Shown here piece after piece: positions 49,925-58,976 of a stretch of 58,976 nt of DNA. Both the position numbers and the translations under genes were made by a program. Under the pieces are notes generated by a model, which saw only the letters and a list, made by a program, of their open reading frames with translations, searched no databases and was not told the DNA's origin. Within the stretch, counting starts at the first letter, position 1, and every line of letters starts with the position of its first letter. Where the stretch lies: positions 1 to 58,976 of the forward strand of contig CALCHR010000108.1 of the NCBI GenBank assembly GCA_937901185.1. Direction: 5' to 3'. The DNA comes from an uncultured Bacteroidales bacterium. GTDB taxonomy: Bacteria; Bacteroidota; Bacteroidia; Bacteroidales; Bacteroidaceae.

Positions 49925-49984
49925 CTCCTTCAAGGAAAAAATAATTATACTAGCATATATAAATTCTCAAAACAGAATCCTTCT

Positions 49985-50782
49985 ATGAGCGAAACGAATA
50001 ATGTACACGCCGCTTCTATAAGCCCTCTTGCTTATATTCATCCGGAAGCTATTATTGGAGAGAATTGTGAGATAGGACCGTTCTGTTATATCGACAAGAA
50101 CGTGGTGATAGGAAAGGGTAACCGCTTGATGAACAGCGTGACGCTCTTGAGCGGAACACGTATGGGCGACGAGAATCTGGTATATCCCGGAGCTGTCATC
50201 GGAGCCATTCCTCAGGACCTGAAGTTCCAAGGAGAAGAAACTACCGCTGAGGTGGGCAATAAAAATACCATCCGAGAAAATGTAACTATCAACCGAGGCA
50301 CAGCCGCTAAAGGAAAAACCGTGGTAGGTAGCAACAACCTCTTGATGGAAGGCATGCATGTGGCACACGATGTGATTGTAGGAAACGGATGCATCATCGG
50401 CAACTCCACCAAGTTGGCAGGCGAGGTAATCGTAGATGACTTTGCAATCATCAGCGCCGCCGTTTTGGTGCACCAGTTCTGTCGCATCGGTAGCTATGTG
50501 ATGGTCAGTGGCGGTACGCGTACCGGCCAGGACATCCCTCCTTATACAATGGCTGCGCGTGAGCCGGTAGCTTACTCGGGATTGAACATCGTAGGCCTGC
50601 GCCGCAGAGGTTTTGCTCCCGAGGTTATTGAGAATATTCACAATGCTTATCGCATTCTCTATCAGCGTGGAAAACTCTTCGATGAGCGTATCGCACAAAT
50701 CAAGAGTGAGGTGCCTATGAGCAAGGAAATAGAGTATATCCTTGATTTTGTTACCACTTCAAAACGAGGTATTATAAAGTAG
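49985..50782 (+). CDS. lpxA: Acyl-ACP--UDP-N-acetylglucosamine O-acyltransferase
   Basis: 'PQDLKF', 'IRENVTINRGT', 'HVAHD', 'VHQFCRIG', 'GLNIVGLRRRGF'. Confidence 0.97.
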   Translation: MSETNNVHAASISPLAYIHPEAIIGENCEIGPFCYIDKNVVIGKGNRLMNSVTLLSGTRMGDENLVYPGAVIGAIPQDLKFQGEETTAEVGNKNTIRENVTINRGTAAKGKTVVGSNNLLMEGMHVAHDVIVGNGCIIGNSTKLAGEVIVDDFAIISAAVLVHQFCRIGSYVMVSGGTRTGQDIPPYTMAAREPVAYSGLNIVGLRRRGFAPEVIENIHNAYRILYQRGKLFDERIAQIKSEVPMSKEIEYILDFVTTSKRGIIK

Positions 50783-50788
50783 AAAATT

Positions 50789-51349
50789 ATGCTGTACAAA
50801 ATAAAATTTATATCCGATGAAGTAGATGGCTTCCTTCGGGAGATAAAAATAGATAGTGATGCCACATTCCTGGACCTTAATAAAGTGATTCTGGAGTCGT
50901 GTGGCTATCCCGATGACCAAATGACATCTTTCTATATCTGCGATGAGGAGTGGAGACGCAAAGAGCAAATCACCCGCGAGGATATGGACACCGACGAGGC
51001 AGATAAGGATATTTATGTAATGGAGGAAACCGCCCTTAGCGATTTTATTGAAGACGAGGACCAGAAGATGGAGTTTGTCTTCGACCCCTTCTCAGACCGA
51101 GTGTTCTTCTTGGATGTAAGAGAATTTATCCCCGGCGAGCACTTAAAGGTGCCACAAATTGTTCGTGCCAAAGGCGATGCACCGGCCCAAATCCTGGATT
51201 TGGATTATTCTATGCCTGCAGCTGCTGTTGTTGGCGCTTCAGCTTTGGACGAAGATGAAGTGGGAGAATTTTATGGTAATGACAGCTTTGACAACGAAGA
51301 TTTCGACTACGAAGGCTTTGAAATAAGCGACGGAGATTCGTATAACTAA
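50789..51349 (+). CDS. Conserved acidic hypothetical protein (pRiA4b ORF-3-like fold suspected)
   Basis: 'REIKIDSDATFLDL...I', 'MTSFY', 'FVFD', acidic tail. Sits between lpxA and miaA, as is usual in Bacteroidales. Confidence 0.75.
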   Translation: MLYKIKFISDEVDGFLREIKIDSDATFLDLNKVILESCGYPDDQMTSFYICDEEWRRKEQITREDMDTDEADKDIYVMEETALSDFIEDEDQKMEFVFDPFSDRVFFLDVREFIPGEHLKVPQIVRAKGDAPAQILDLDYSMPAAAVVGASALDEDEVGEFYGNDSFDNEDFDYEGFEISDGDSYN

Positions 51350-51367
51350 TACTTAGAGTTGCCTTAG

Positions 51368-52270
51368 GTGCAAGAGAAAACCCTGATTGTATTATTAGGT
51401 CCCACAGGAGTGGGAAAGACCAAACTAAGTTTGCGTCTGGCAAAATATTTCGGGAGCCCCATTATCAATGCGGACTCCCGACAACTCTATCGTGACATCC
51501 CTATCGGTACGGCTGCACCCACCTTAGAGGAACAGCAGTGTGTGAAACACTATTTTGTAGGAACACTTGGGCTGGAGGATTATTATAGTGCTGCGCAGTA
51601 TGAAGAGGATGTGATGCAGTTGCTCAATAGCTTGTTTGAAAAACAAAATGTGGCTTTGCTCTCCGGCGGTTCCATGATGTATATAGATGCTGTATGTAAG
51701 GGCATTGACGATATTCCCACCATAGACCAAGAGACCCGCGAGCAACTCCGTCTACGCTATGAAGCCGAGGGACTGGAAAAACTTGCCGCAGAGCTACGCT
51801 TGCTCGACCCGGAATACTATGCTGCTTGTGATGTAAAAAATCCTAAGCGGGTGGTGCATGCTTTGGAAATCTGTTATATGACAGGCTGTACCTATACCTC
51901 CTTTCGTGTTAGGAAAGAAAAGATACGCCCTTTTAATATTATAAAGATAGGGCTTTCTCGCCCAAGAGAGGAGTTGTATGAACGTATAAACAGCAGGGTA
52001 GGCCAGATGGTTGAGGACGGACTTCTGGAAGAGGTGCGCCGTGTGCTTCCCTTTAGAGAATGCAACTCTCTCAATACTGTAGGCTACAAAGAACTATTTA
52101 AGTATTTTGACGGTGAGTGGGATTTGGATTTTGCCCTTGATAAGATTCGCCGTAACAGTAGGGTCTATTCTCGCAAGCAAACTACATGGTTCTCACATGA
52201 CGAACAGATAGCTTGGTTTCATCCGGAGGAGGAAGACCGAATTATAAAATATATAGAGAGTAAACTCTAA
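51368..52270 (+). CDS. miaA: tRNA dimethylallyltransferase
   Basis: 'GPTGVGKT', '[15 protein letters not shown]', 'GGSMMY', 'VGYKE', 'RKQTTWF'. GTG start. Confidence 0.96.
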   Translation: MQEKTLIVLLGPTGVGKTKLSLRLAKYFGSPIINADSRQLYRDIPIGTAAPTLEEQQCVKHYFVGTLGLEDYYSAAQYEEDVMQLLNSLFEKQNVALLSGGSMMYIDAVCKGIDDIPTIDQETREQLRLRYEAEGLEKLAAELRLLDPEYYAACDVKNPKRVVHALEICYMTGCTYTSFRVRKEKIRPFNIIKIGLSRPREELYERINSRVGQMVEDGLLEEVRRVLPFRECNSLNTVGYKELFKYFDGEWDLDFALDKIRRNSRVYSRKQTTWFSHDEQIAWFHPEEEDRIIKYIESKL

Positions 52271-52306
52271 GAGAAGTTTATATATGCTAAGTTGGAAAAG
52301 GGTGTG

Positions 52307-52969
52307 TCAGCATCCTTCTTCTTCTATGATAGAGAGCAGCTCCTGAGGGCTGTGAATTAAAATCTCAGCATTATGGGATTTCAAAAAAGCTTCGTTGCGA
52401 AATCCCCAAGTAACAGATATACATGGGACACCGGCATTTTGTGCGGTCATAATATCAATATCGGAATCACCCACATAGAGTGTCTCCTCTGCTTTACATC
52501 CTAAGGCTTTTAAGGCTGCAAAAACTCCCTCCGGGTTAGGCTTGCGAGGTGTAGTCTCGCTCTCTCCGATGGCTACACTTATTAAATCAGAGAAGAAACA
52601 ATGGCTGAGTTCTTGTACCGCTGTGTGCCATTTGTTGGACACTATGCCCATCAAGATACCATTCTCTTTCAGTTTGAGAAGAAGAGGCATGATGCCCTGA
52701 TAAGGGCGTGTGTAGTCATAGCTATGTTTGAAATAATAGTCTTTGAAGGCTGCAAAGATTTCCTCAAACAATTCTTCATCCGTATTTGCGGGCACAGCTT
52801 GCTGCATCAAACGGCGCACTCCGTTTCCCACAAAGGAACGAACCTCGTCAATAGAGCGTTCAGGCAGAGAAAATGTTCGTAGTGCATAATTCGTACTGGC
52901 GGTTAAATCTTCAATGGTGTCGAGCAGCGTTCCGTCAAGGTCGAATAAAATAGCTTTGATAGAGGCCAT
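52307..52969 (-). CDS. HAD-superfamily phosphatase (phosphoglycolate phosphatase-like)
   Basis: 'FDLDGTLLDT', 'VSNK', 'KPNP', 'YVGDSDIDI'. Start moved to ATG 52969; promoter TATTTTTG at 53002-53009 (-). Confidence 0.9.
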   Translation of the reverse strand: MASIKAILFDLDGTLLDTIEDLTASTNYALRTFSLPERSIDEVRSFVGNGVRRLMQQAVPANTDEELFEEIFAAFKDYYFKHSYDYTRPYQGIMPLLLKLKENGILMGIVSNKWHTAVQELSHCFFSDLISVAIGESETTPRKPNPEGVFAALKALGCKAEETLYVGDSDIDIMTAQNAGVPCISVTWGFRNEAFLKSHNAEILIHSPQELLSIIEEEGC

Positions 52970-53107
52970 AAGTTGAATGTGTAGCTTGGCTATAATGTGT
53001 GCAAAAATAGTAATTTTATTAGGTAGAGGATAGTAGTTCGGAGAAAAACAATTATCTTTGTTCTCCAGCAATTTGGGATACATAATTTTTTTAAGTTCAA
53101 AAATACT

Positions 53108-54568
53108 ATGAAGAAAATTCTTATTTGTTGTGTCATGCTACTAAACTCTTCGGCGATACTGGTGGCTGATGGGGTAGGAGCAGAGACTTCTTTGGTTGCT
53201 CAAAATTTGGAAACGAAGCGTCCGAAGAAATCCGACCGCTTGTTTGTTTCAGAGGAAGTGGAGCGCTGTATTGCAGAGGTGAAAATGCAATTGACCAATC
53301 CTTATCTAGCCTACTTGTTTGAAAACTGTTTCCCCAATACATTAGACACTACGGTCTATCCGGAGGAAACAAAGGATGGCGATGATGATACGTTTGTTAT
53401 TACCGGCGACATCGAGGCTATGTGGCTTCGCGACTCAGGCGCTCAGGTTTGGCCCTATCTTCGTTTTGCTGCCAAGGATAAGAAACTTGCAAAACTGATT
53501 CGCGGTGTTATCCGTCGCCAGTTCCGCTGCATACAGATAGATCCTTATGCAAATGCTTTTACCAAAGACCCTAAAGCGATGAGTCCTTTCTGGAGCAAAG
53601 ATATGACAGAGATGCGTCCAGGTGTGTTTGAACGTAAGTATGAACTAGACTCTCCGCTTTATCCGATACGTTTAGCCCATGCATACTGGAAAGTTACCGG
53701 TGATGCCTCCATCTTTGATGGCTTGTGGATGAACACAATAAAGACTGTGTTGCGTACACTGAAAGAGCAGCAGCGTGTGGATGGCCGTTCGCCCTATAGG
53801 TTCAATCGTATGGCACAATCTATGCACGATACGCAGTCCAATGCCGGCTATGGTCATCCTGCTAAGCCTTGTGGATTGATAGTTTCCACTTTCCGTCCTT
53901 CAGATGATGCGTCTCTCTTCCCTTATCTTGTTCCCAGCAATTTTATGGCTGTGAGTTGCATGAAGAAGGCCGGAGAAATTTTGGCTGTTGTAAACAAGGA
54001 GACAGACCTTGCAGCCGAGTGTTATGAGTTGGCAGCCGAAGTAAACCAGGCTTTGAAGGAACATGCCATTGTTGAGCATCCCAAGTATGGTAAAATCTAT
54101 GCGTATGAAGTAGATGGCTATGGCAGCGTGCTGTTGATGGACGATGCAAACGTACCCTCCTTGTTGGCCCTGCCTTATATCAGCGATGTAGATATTAACG
54201 ACCCTATTTATCAGAACACCCGTCGCTTTGTGTGGAGTTTGGATAACCCTTATTTCTTCAAAGGCTCAGCCGGCGAAGGTATTGGCGGCCCTCACGAAGG
54301 TTTGGACTACGTTTGGCCGATGAGCGCCATATTGAAGGCAATGACCTCCCAAGATGATGCAGAAATCCGTGCTTGTCTTATCAGCTTGATGAATACCGAT
54401 GCCGGTACCGGATTTATGCACGAGGCCTATCTGAAAAATGATGCAGATACTTTCTGCCGTAGTTGGTTCGCTTGGGCCAATACTTTATTTGGCGAATTGA
54501 TTTTACACCTGATAGACGAGGGCAAGCTTGATTTGCTCAATTCCTTGCCGGTTCCGGCTCAGAAATAA
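53108..54568 (+). CDS. Glycoside hydrolase family 125 (exo-alpha-1,6-mannosidase-like)
   Basis: '[13 protein letters not shown]', '[13 protein letters not shown]', 'ERKYELDS', 'FRPSDD', '[10 protein letters not shown]', 'RSWFAWAN'. Confidence 0.92.
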   Translation: MKKILICCVMLLNSSAILVADGVGAETSLVAQNLETKRPKKSDRLFVSEEVERCIAEVKMQLTNPYLAYLFENCFPNTLDTTVYPEETKDGDDDTFVITGDIEAMWLRDSGAQVWPYLRFAAKDKKLAKLIRGVIRRQFRCIQIDPYANAFTKDPKAMSPFWSKDMTEMRPGVFERKYELDSPLYPIRLAHAYWKVTGDASIFDGLWMNTIKTVLRTLKEQQRVDGRSPYRFNRMAQSMHDTQSNAGYGHPAKPCGLIVSTFRPSDDASLFPYLVPSNFMAVSCMKKAGEILAVVNKETDLAAECYELAAEVNQALKEHAIVEHPKYGKIYAYEVDGYGSVLLMDDANVPSLLALPYISDVDINDPIYQNTRRFVWSLDNPYFFKGSAGEGIGGPHEGLDYVWPMSAILKAMTSQDDAEIRACLISLMNTDAGTGFMHEAYLKNDADTFCRSWFAWANTLFGELILHLIDEGKLDLLNSLPVPAQK

Positions 54569-54605
54569 ACACTGGTTACTCTGTTTTTCTGAGGACATAT
54601 TTTGA

Positions 54606-54643
54606 AACATTGGCTGAATACAACCTTGTGTTTGGCCAATGTT
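54606..54643 (+). terminator. Intrinsic terminator
   Basis: AACATTGGCTGAATACA...TGTTTGGCCAATGTT followed by CTTTTT. Confidence 0.65.
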
Positions 54644-54709
54644 CTTTTTATGAGAGAAAGAGCATTGTAAAAAAAAGTTTTCCCTTTTTCTACTTTCGGT
54701 TTTTATCTA

Positions 54710-54717
54710 TATCTTTG
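54710..54717 (+). promoter_or_regulatory. -7 promoter element (TATCTTTG)
   Basis: Exact TAnnTTTG, 48 nt upstream of ATG 54766. Confidence 0.55.
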
Positions 54718-54765
54718 TCCGTAGAATAGTAAATGTATAGCAACTCAAATTAAAATATTATACAT

Positions 54766-56511
54766 ATGGAAAATCAAGAACTTATTAAGCAGTGTACAGA
54801 GGTGGCTTCACAATGGCTGGATGCATCATTGTATGATGAAGCAACAATGGCTGAGGTGAAAGCGATGATTGAGGCAGAGGACAAGACTCCGCTTATCGAT
54901 TCATTCTATCGCACCTTGGAATTTGGAACAGGCGGTTTGCGCGGTATCATGGGTGCCGGAACAAACCGAATGAACATCTACACCGTGGGAGCAGCCACTC
55001 AAGGTCTCTCCAACTATCTGAACAAGAACTTCAAGGATTTGGAGCAGATTTCTGTAGTGGTGGGCCACGACTGCCGCAACAACAGCCGTTTGTTTGCTGA
55101 GACTTCTGCCAATATTTTCTCGGCCAACGGCATCAAGGTATATCTCTTTGAAGACATGCGTCCCACTCCCGAAATGTCTTTCGCCATTCGCCATCTCGGT
55201 TGCCAAAGCGGTATCATTTTGACAGCCAGCCACAATCCCAAAGAATATAATGGCTACAAAGCTTATTGGGATGATGGCGCACAAGTGCTTGCACCGCATG
55301 ACAAAGGTATCATTGAGGAAGTAAACAAGGTGCGTGTAGAGGATATTCGCTTTAAGGGAAATCCTGAACTCATCGAAGTGATTGGCAAAGAGATTGACGA
55401 TGTATATTTGGAGAAGGTACACACTCTTTCTATTGACCCGGAGTGTATCCGTCGTCAGAAGGATCTGAAGATTGTCTTTACTCCGATTCACGGAACCGGT
55501 ATGATGCTCATTCCGCAAGCCTTGAAGCAGTGGGGCTTTGAGAATGTCTATACTGTTCCTGAGCAGATGGTAAAGAGCGGCGACTTCCCCACGGTGGTAA
55601 GTCCCAACCCCGAAAATGCAGAGGCGCTGACTATGGCTCTGAACTTGGCTAAGGAAATCGATGCTGATATCGTAATGGCCAGCGACCCCGATGCCGACCG
55701 CGTAGGTATGGCCTGCAAGGACGACAAGGGCGAGTGGGTGCTCATCGATGGCAACCAGACCTGTATGATCTTCCTCTATTATATTATAATGAACCGCAAG
55801 GCTCAAGGCAAGATGAAGGGCAATGAGTTTGTTGTGAAGACCATCGTTACGACAGAGCTTATAAAAGAGATAGCTGATAAGAACAATATCAAGATGTACG
55901 ACTGCTACACCGGTTTCAAGTGGATTGCCCGTCAAATCCGTTTGGACGAAGGCCGTTTGCAGTACATCGGTGGTGGCGAAGAGAGCTACGGATTCTTGGC
56001 TGAAGACTTCGTGCGCGATAAGGACGCTGTTTCTGCCTGCACCCTCTTGGCAGAAATTTGTGCTTGGGCAAAAGACCAGGGCAAGACTCTCTACGACGTG
56101 CTGATGGACATCTACGTAGAGTATGGCCTCTCTCTCAATAAGACAATCAACGTGGTGAAGCCCGGTAAGAGCGGTGCGGACGAAATCAAAGCCATGATGG
56201 AAAACTTCCGTGCTCATCGTCCGACAGAGTTGGCCGGCTCTCCCGTACTTTGCACCAAGGATTTCGGCACACTCACCCAGTATGATGCCCAAGGTAACGC
56301 TTCGCCAATCGACATGCCCGAGGCCAGCAATGTGCTGCAGTGGTACACAGCCGATGGCACTAAAGTCAGCGTGCGTCCCTCTGGTACAGAACCGAAGATT
56401 AAGTTCTACATGGAAGTGAAGGGCCAGATGGAAAGCGCCGAGTGCTATGCCGGAGCACGCGAAGAGGCTATGAAGAAAGTAGACGAAGTAGCCAAGAGCT
56501 TAGGTATCTAA
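54766..56511 (+). CDS. Phosphoglucomutase/phosphomannomutase (phospho-sugar mutase)
   Basis: 'FGTGGLRG', 'TASHNP', 'DPDADR', 'GEESYG', 'RPSGTEPKIK'. Confidence 0.96.
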   Translation: MENQELIKQCTEVASQWLDASLYDEATMAEVKAMIEAEDKTPLIDSFYRTLEFGTGGLRGIMGAGTNRMNIYTVGAATQGLSNYLNKNFKDLEQISVVVGHDCRNNSRLFAETSANIFSANGIKVYLFEDMRPTPEMSFAIRHLGCQSGIILTASHNPKEYNGYKAYWDDGAQVLAPHDKGIIEEVNKVRVEDIRFKGNPELIEVIGKEIDDVYLEKVHTLSIDPECIRRQKDLKIVFTPIHGTGMMLIPQALKQWGFENVYTVPEQMVKSGDFPTVVSPNPENAEALTMALNLAKEIDADIVMASDPDADRVGMACKDDKGEWVLIDGNQTCMIFLYYIIMNRKAQGKMKGNEFVVKTIVTTELIKEIADKNNIKMYDCYTGFKWIARQIRLDEGRLQYIGGGEESYGFLAEDFVRDKDAVSACTLLAEICAWAKDQGKTLYDVLMDIYVEYGLSLNKTINVVKPGKSGADEIKAMMENFRAHRPTELAGSPVLCTKDFGTLTQYDAQGNASPIDMPEASNVLQWYTADGTKVSVRPSGTEPKIKFYMEVKGQMESAECYAGAREEAMKKVDEVAKSLGI

Positions 56512-56535
56512 GAACTGGCTGCAAGCTGATGATAG

Positions 56536-56583
56536 GAGGCAGAAGTTTAGGCAGAGAAAATCTTGTGCCAAGACTTCTGCCTC
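56536..56583 (+). terminator. Long hairpin/terminator after the mutase
   Basis: GAGGCAGAAGT...ACTTCTGCCTC followed by TTTGTTTTT. Confidence 0.6.
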
Positions 56584-56625
56584 TTTGTTTTTCAGAAAAT
56601 AATTTATCCCCTTTTAGATACGCCC

Positions 56626-57396
56626 ATGTATTGGTTCATTTTTTGTAAAGAAGACATCCTTTTGACAGCCGACAACGCTGTGCCGCAGGGAGAGACCCCT
56701 CCGGTGCATCTTGAGGCTTGGCACACGCAACACCATCTGCCTTCCCTTGGCGATGAGGCTTGTCGAGCCGTGCGCATAGATGCTCCGGTGTGCCGGGAAG
56801 GCTTGAAGATGGTGGGGCTGCGTGCTTCCTTCGACCTCCTGCCTATACATATATATAATATGGCCGGCAAGGCAGCCGAGATTCTTTATTGGGATGCCAA
56901 TACCAAGTTCTGCGGAGTTTGTGGTGCTCCGATGAAGTTGCATACCGACATCTCCAAGCGCTGCATCAACTGCGGAAAAGAAGTGTGGCCCTCCTTGGCC
57001 GTGGCCATCATTGTGGCTGTCACTCGCAACGAGGGTAGGGAATTGCTGATGGTGCAGAGCCGTAATTTCCGAGGCGACTATTATGGCCTGGTGGCCGGTT
57101 TTGTGGAAACCGGGGAGACCTTAGAAGAGTGTGTGCAGAGAGAAGTGGAAGAGGAGACAGGAGTCCGCGTAAAGAACATACGCTACGTGGCTTCACAGCC
57201 TTGGCCCTATCCCAGCGGCTTGATGGTAGGTTTTACCGCAGACTATGACGGCGGCGAACTGGCGTTGCAGCATTCCGAACTCAAAAAAGGCGGCTGGTTC
57301 AGCGCCGATGCGCTCCCGCCAATACCCGGAAAGGTGAGTTTGGCTCGTCTGCTTATAGACCGTTGGCTTGAGGCAGAAAAGCAGGTAGCCAAGTAG
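56626..57396 (+). CDS. nudC: NAD(+) diphosphatase (Nudix)
   Basis: Zinc ribbon FCGVCG...CINC, Nudix box 'AGFVETGETLEECVQREVEEETG', SQPWPYP. Start moved to ATG 56626. Confidence 0.93.
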   Translation: MYWFIFCKEDILLTADNAVPQGETPPVHLEAWHTQHHLPSLGDEACRAVRIDAPVCREGLKMVGLRASFDLLPIHIYNMAGKAAEILYWDANTKFCGVCGAPMKLHTDISKRCINCGKEVWPSLAVAIIVAVTRNEGRELLMVQSRNFRGDYYGLVAGFVETGETLEECVQREVEEETGVRVKNIRYVASQPWPYPSGLMVGFTADYDGGELALQHSELKKGGWFSADALPPIPGKVSLARLLIDRWLEAEKQVAK

Positions 57397-57472
57397 CAGA
57401 AAAACAGAGTGGCTGCCGTTAACTTAAAACAGCCCTTTCAAGCTCTCATAATTACCCCCAAAATCTTAGGCC

Positions 57473-57547
57473 TTTACTAGGAAAAACTAGTAAACTACAA
57501 ATTTTTCTTAGTAAACTCCGAGTTTTTCCTAGAAGTTTACTAAGAAA
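57473..57547. repeat. Family A element with direct and inverted units
   Basis: TTCTT-AGTAAACTC-CGAGTTT (57505) and TTCCT-AGAAG (57526). 57473-57490 is the reverse complement of 25151-25168. Confidence 0.85.
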
Positions 57548-57701
57548 CGGCCAAAAATGGCCGTTGATTTTCAAATGGTTACAAATGTAGTTTTTCAAGC
57601 GCCCCACCCTCTCCGGGGTACATCCCAAAAATCGGGGTTCAAAGCGGCGCTCCAAGCCTGCGGAGCAAGAATTTTTCCACACCTCACCTCTGCCTGCAAA
57701 A

Positions 57702-57728
57702 AAGCGCCGCCCTCATCGGGCAGCGCTT
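57702..57728 (-). terminator. Intrinsic terminator after the ABC ATPase
   Basis: AAGCGCCGCCC-tcatc-GGGCAGCGCTT, followed by a U tract on the minus strand. Confidence 0.7.
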
Positions 57729-57753
57729 AATATTATATATATGTGTGGGGGAT

Positions 57754-58380
57754 TTACTCTCCGCCTATCGTCAGCATTTTTCCTCCGGGGAAGAACTCTG
57801 CGATGTGATGGTCGTGGCTCACCACCACCGTGGCTGTTTCTTTGGCTCTTTGGTGGAGCATCTTGTAGAGCAACGCCTTGGAGGCCTCGTCAAGATGCGT
57901 GTCGGGCTCGTCGAGCAGCAAAAGTTCGGGCTGCGACACCAGGGCTCGCGCCAGCAACACTCGCTGCCACTGGCCACCGCTGAGAAACTCTATTCTGCGC
58001 TGCGCCACCTCCTGCACCTCGAGTTCGCTCATCACGCTCTTGACCTGCTCGTAGCACGCGGCATCATATTTCTGCCACAGCGTCTTCTTGTTTTGCAATC
58101 CCGATAGCACTACTTCTTCGGCAGTGATGGGAAAGTTGCGGTCCACCTTGCCGATTTGCGGCAGATAGCCCACGGTCAGATGGGGCTTGCGTCTGATAAC
58201 GCCGGCGCCGGGTTGCAACAAGCCACCCATGAGGCGAAGCAGCGTAGTCTTACCACCGCCGTTGGGACCGGTCAAGACAAAAAAGTCGGAGGCTGACACC
58301 TGCAACGAGAAGCCTGAAAAGATTTTTCGCAAGCCATACGAGAAATCTATTCTCTCTATGTCTACCAACGGGCTATTCAT
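57754..58380 (-). CDS. Metal (Zn/Mn) ABC transporter ATP-binding protein, ZnuC-like
   Basis: Walker A GPNGGGKTT, 'GYLPQ', 'FPIT..EVVLSG', LSGGQ, LLLLDEP, VSHD. Confidence 0.9.
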   Translation of the reverse strand: MNSPLVDIERIDFSYGLRKIFSGFSLQVSASDFFVLTGPNGGGKTTLLRLMGGLLQPGAGVIRRKPHLTVGYLPQIGKVDRNFPITAEEVVLSGLQNKKTLWQKYDAACYEQVKSVMSELEVQEVAQRRIEFLSGGQWQRVLLARALVSQPELLLLDEPDTHLDEASKALLYKMLHQRAKETATVVVSHDHHIAEFFPGGKMLTIGGE

Positions 58381-58834
58381 GTATCAGCATCTCGGCAATT
58401 CGCAGAATCTCTTTCTCCCAATCGTAGGAGAGCAAGTTGATTTCTACCACATCGGCACCCACTTCTTCAGCAATGCGGCGCGCCATCTTTCCTGTGTACT
58501 CCTTCTGCACAAAGACAACCTTCACATCTTCTGCCTTGCAGTCTTCTATCAGATGGGCGGCATGCTCTGCCGAAGGCTCCTTGCCATTGTGCTCCACGCT
58601 GAGCTGCTTCAATCCGTAGTCGCGAGCAAAGTATCCCAACGCGGGATGGTATATCAGGAAGGTGCGGTGGGTCACTTTCTCTATGCGGCTCTTCACCAAG
58701 GTGTCTAAGCTATCCATTCGGTTCTCCAAAGCATGCAGACGCTTGGTGTAGAGGTTCACGCCCTCCGGGTCTATCTGACAAAGCGCCTTGAAGATGTTGC
58801 GGCTGATGACTTTCGCATTGGTCAGCGACATCCA
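58373..58834 (-). pseudogene. C-terminal part of a ZnuA-like metal ABC substrate-binding protein; 5' part replaced by unrelated sequence
   Basis: 'WMSLTNAKVISRNI..AL...DP', 'IYHPALGYFARDYGLKQ', 'GKEPS' are present. The expected DPH before W, the N-lobe and the signal peptide are missing; upstream sequence does not look ZnuA-like. Confidence 0.65.
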
Positions 58835-58976
58835 GTCTCCCATCTTACGGTGGTATCCCATCACATCACCGATGGCGGTCATATGCAAAAAATTGATAAT
58901 TCTTACGATGCAAAATATCCACTTTGGGCATGGGTTAAATATGGAAAAATTTCTTCGCCCCAAAAAAACAGATTGC

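Noticed and set aside
50789..51349. pRiA4b ORF-3-like gene as evidence of a plasmid or IS
   Set aside because: It is embedded in the conserved lpxA-miaA operon, with no transposase or terminal repeats.
54901..56292. Long antisense ORFs (also 45861-47123, 13927-15015, 12448-13395, 18840-19652)
   Set aside because: They lie opposite clear genes, have no motifs and are the expected shadows of codon bias.
56556..56570. Second sigma-54-like site (TGGCACAAGATTTTC, minus strand)
   Set aside because: It lacks the -12 GC, points antisense into the mutase gene and is part of a terminator hairpin.

Overview
Chromosomal window from a Bacteroidales bacterium, probably Prevotellaceae-like. The basis is TAnnTTTG promoters, an lpxC-fabZ fusion, SusC/SusD pairs and a Prevotella-style T9SS tail. 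Most of it is housekeeping or transport genes: MATE, BASS, radA, alaS, purT, an ECF sigma factor, lpxD-lpxC/fabZ-lpxA-miaA, GH125, a phosphosugar mutase, nudC and znuC. It also has two enzyme-free outer-membrane uptake loci: an orphan susC/susD pair (15.4-20.7 kb) and an 18-kb fasciclin-rich tandem susCD cluster (28.9-47.0 kb). No rRNA, tRNA, CRISPR array, transposase or recombinase was seen. Signals the gene list does not explain: (1) two families of dispersed intergenic arrays with 21-nt and 22-nt periods, two of which (GTTAC-N7-GTAAC type) flank the fasciclin-susCD cluster as a 23/24-bp inverted repeat; (2) a SusD lipoprotein that also carries a T9SS-like C-terminal sorting domain; (3) an unannotated 51-aa ORF behind the ECF sigma gene; (4) a structured leader before the orphan susC; (5) a znuA-like gene cut off at its metal-binding motif at the window end. 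All family calls come from motif recognition by eye; no database search was run.
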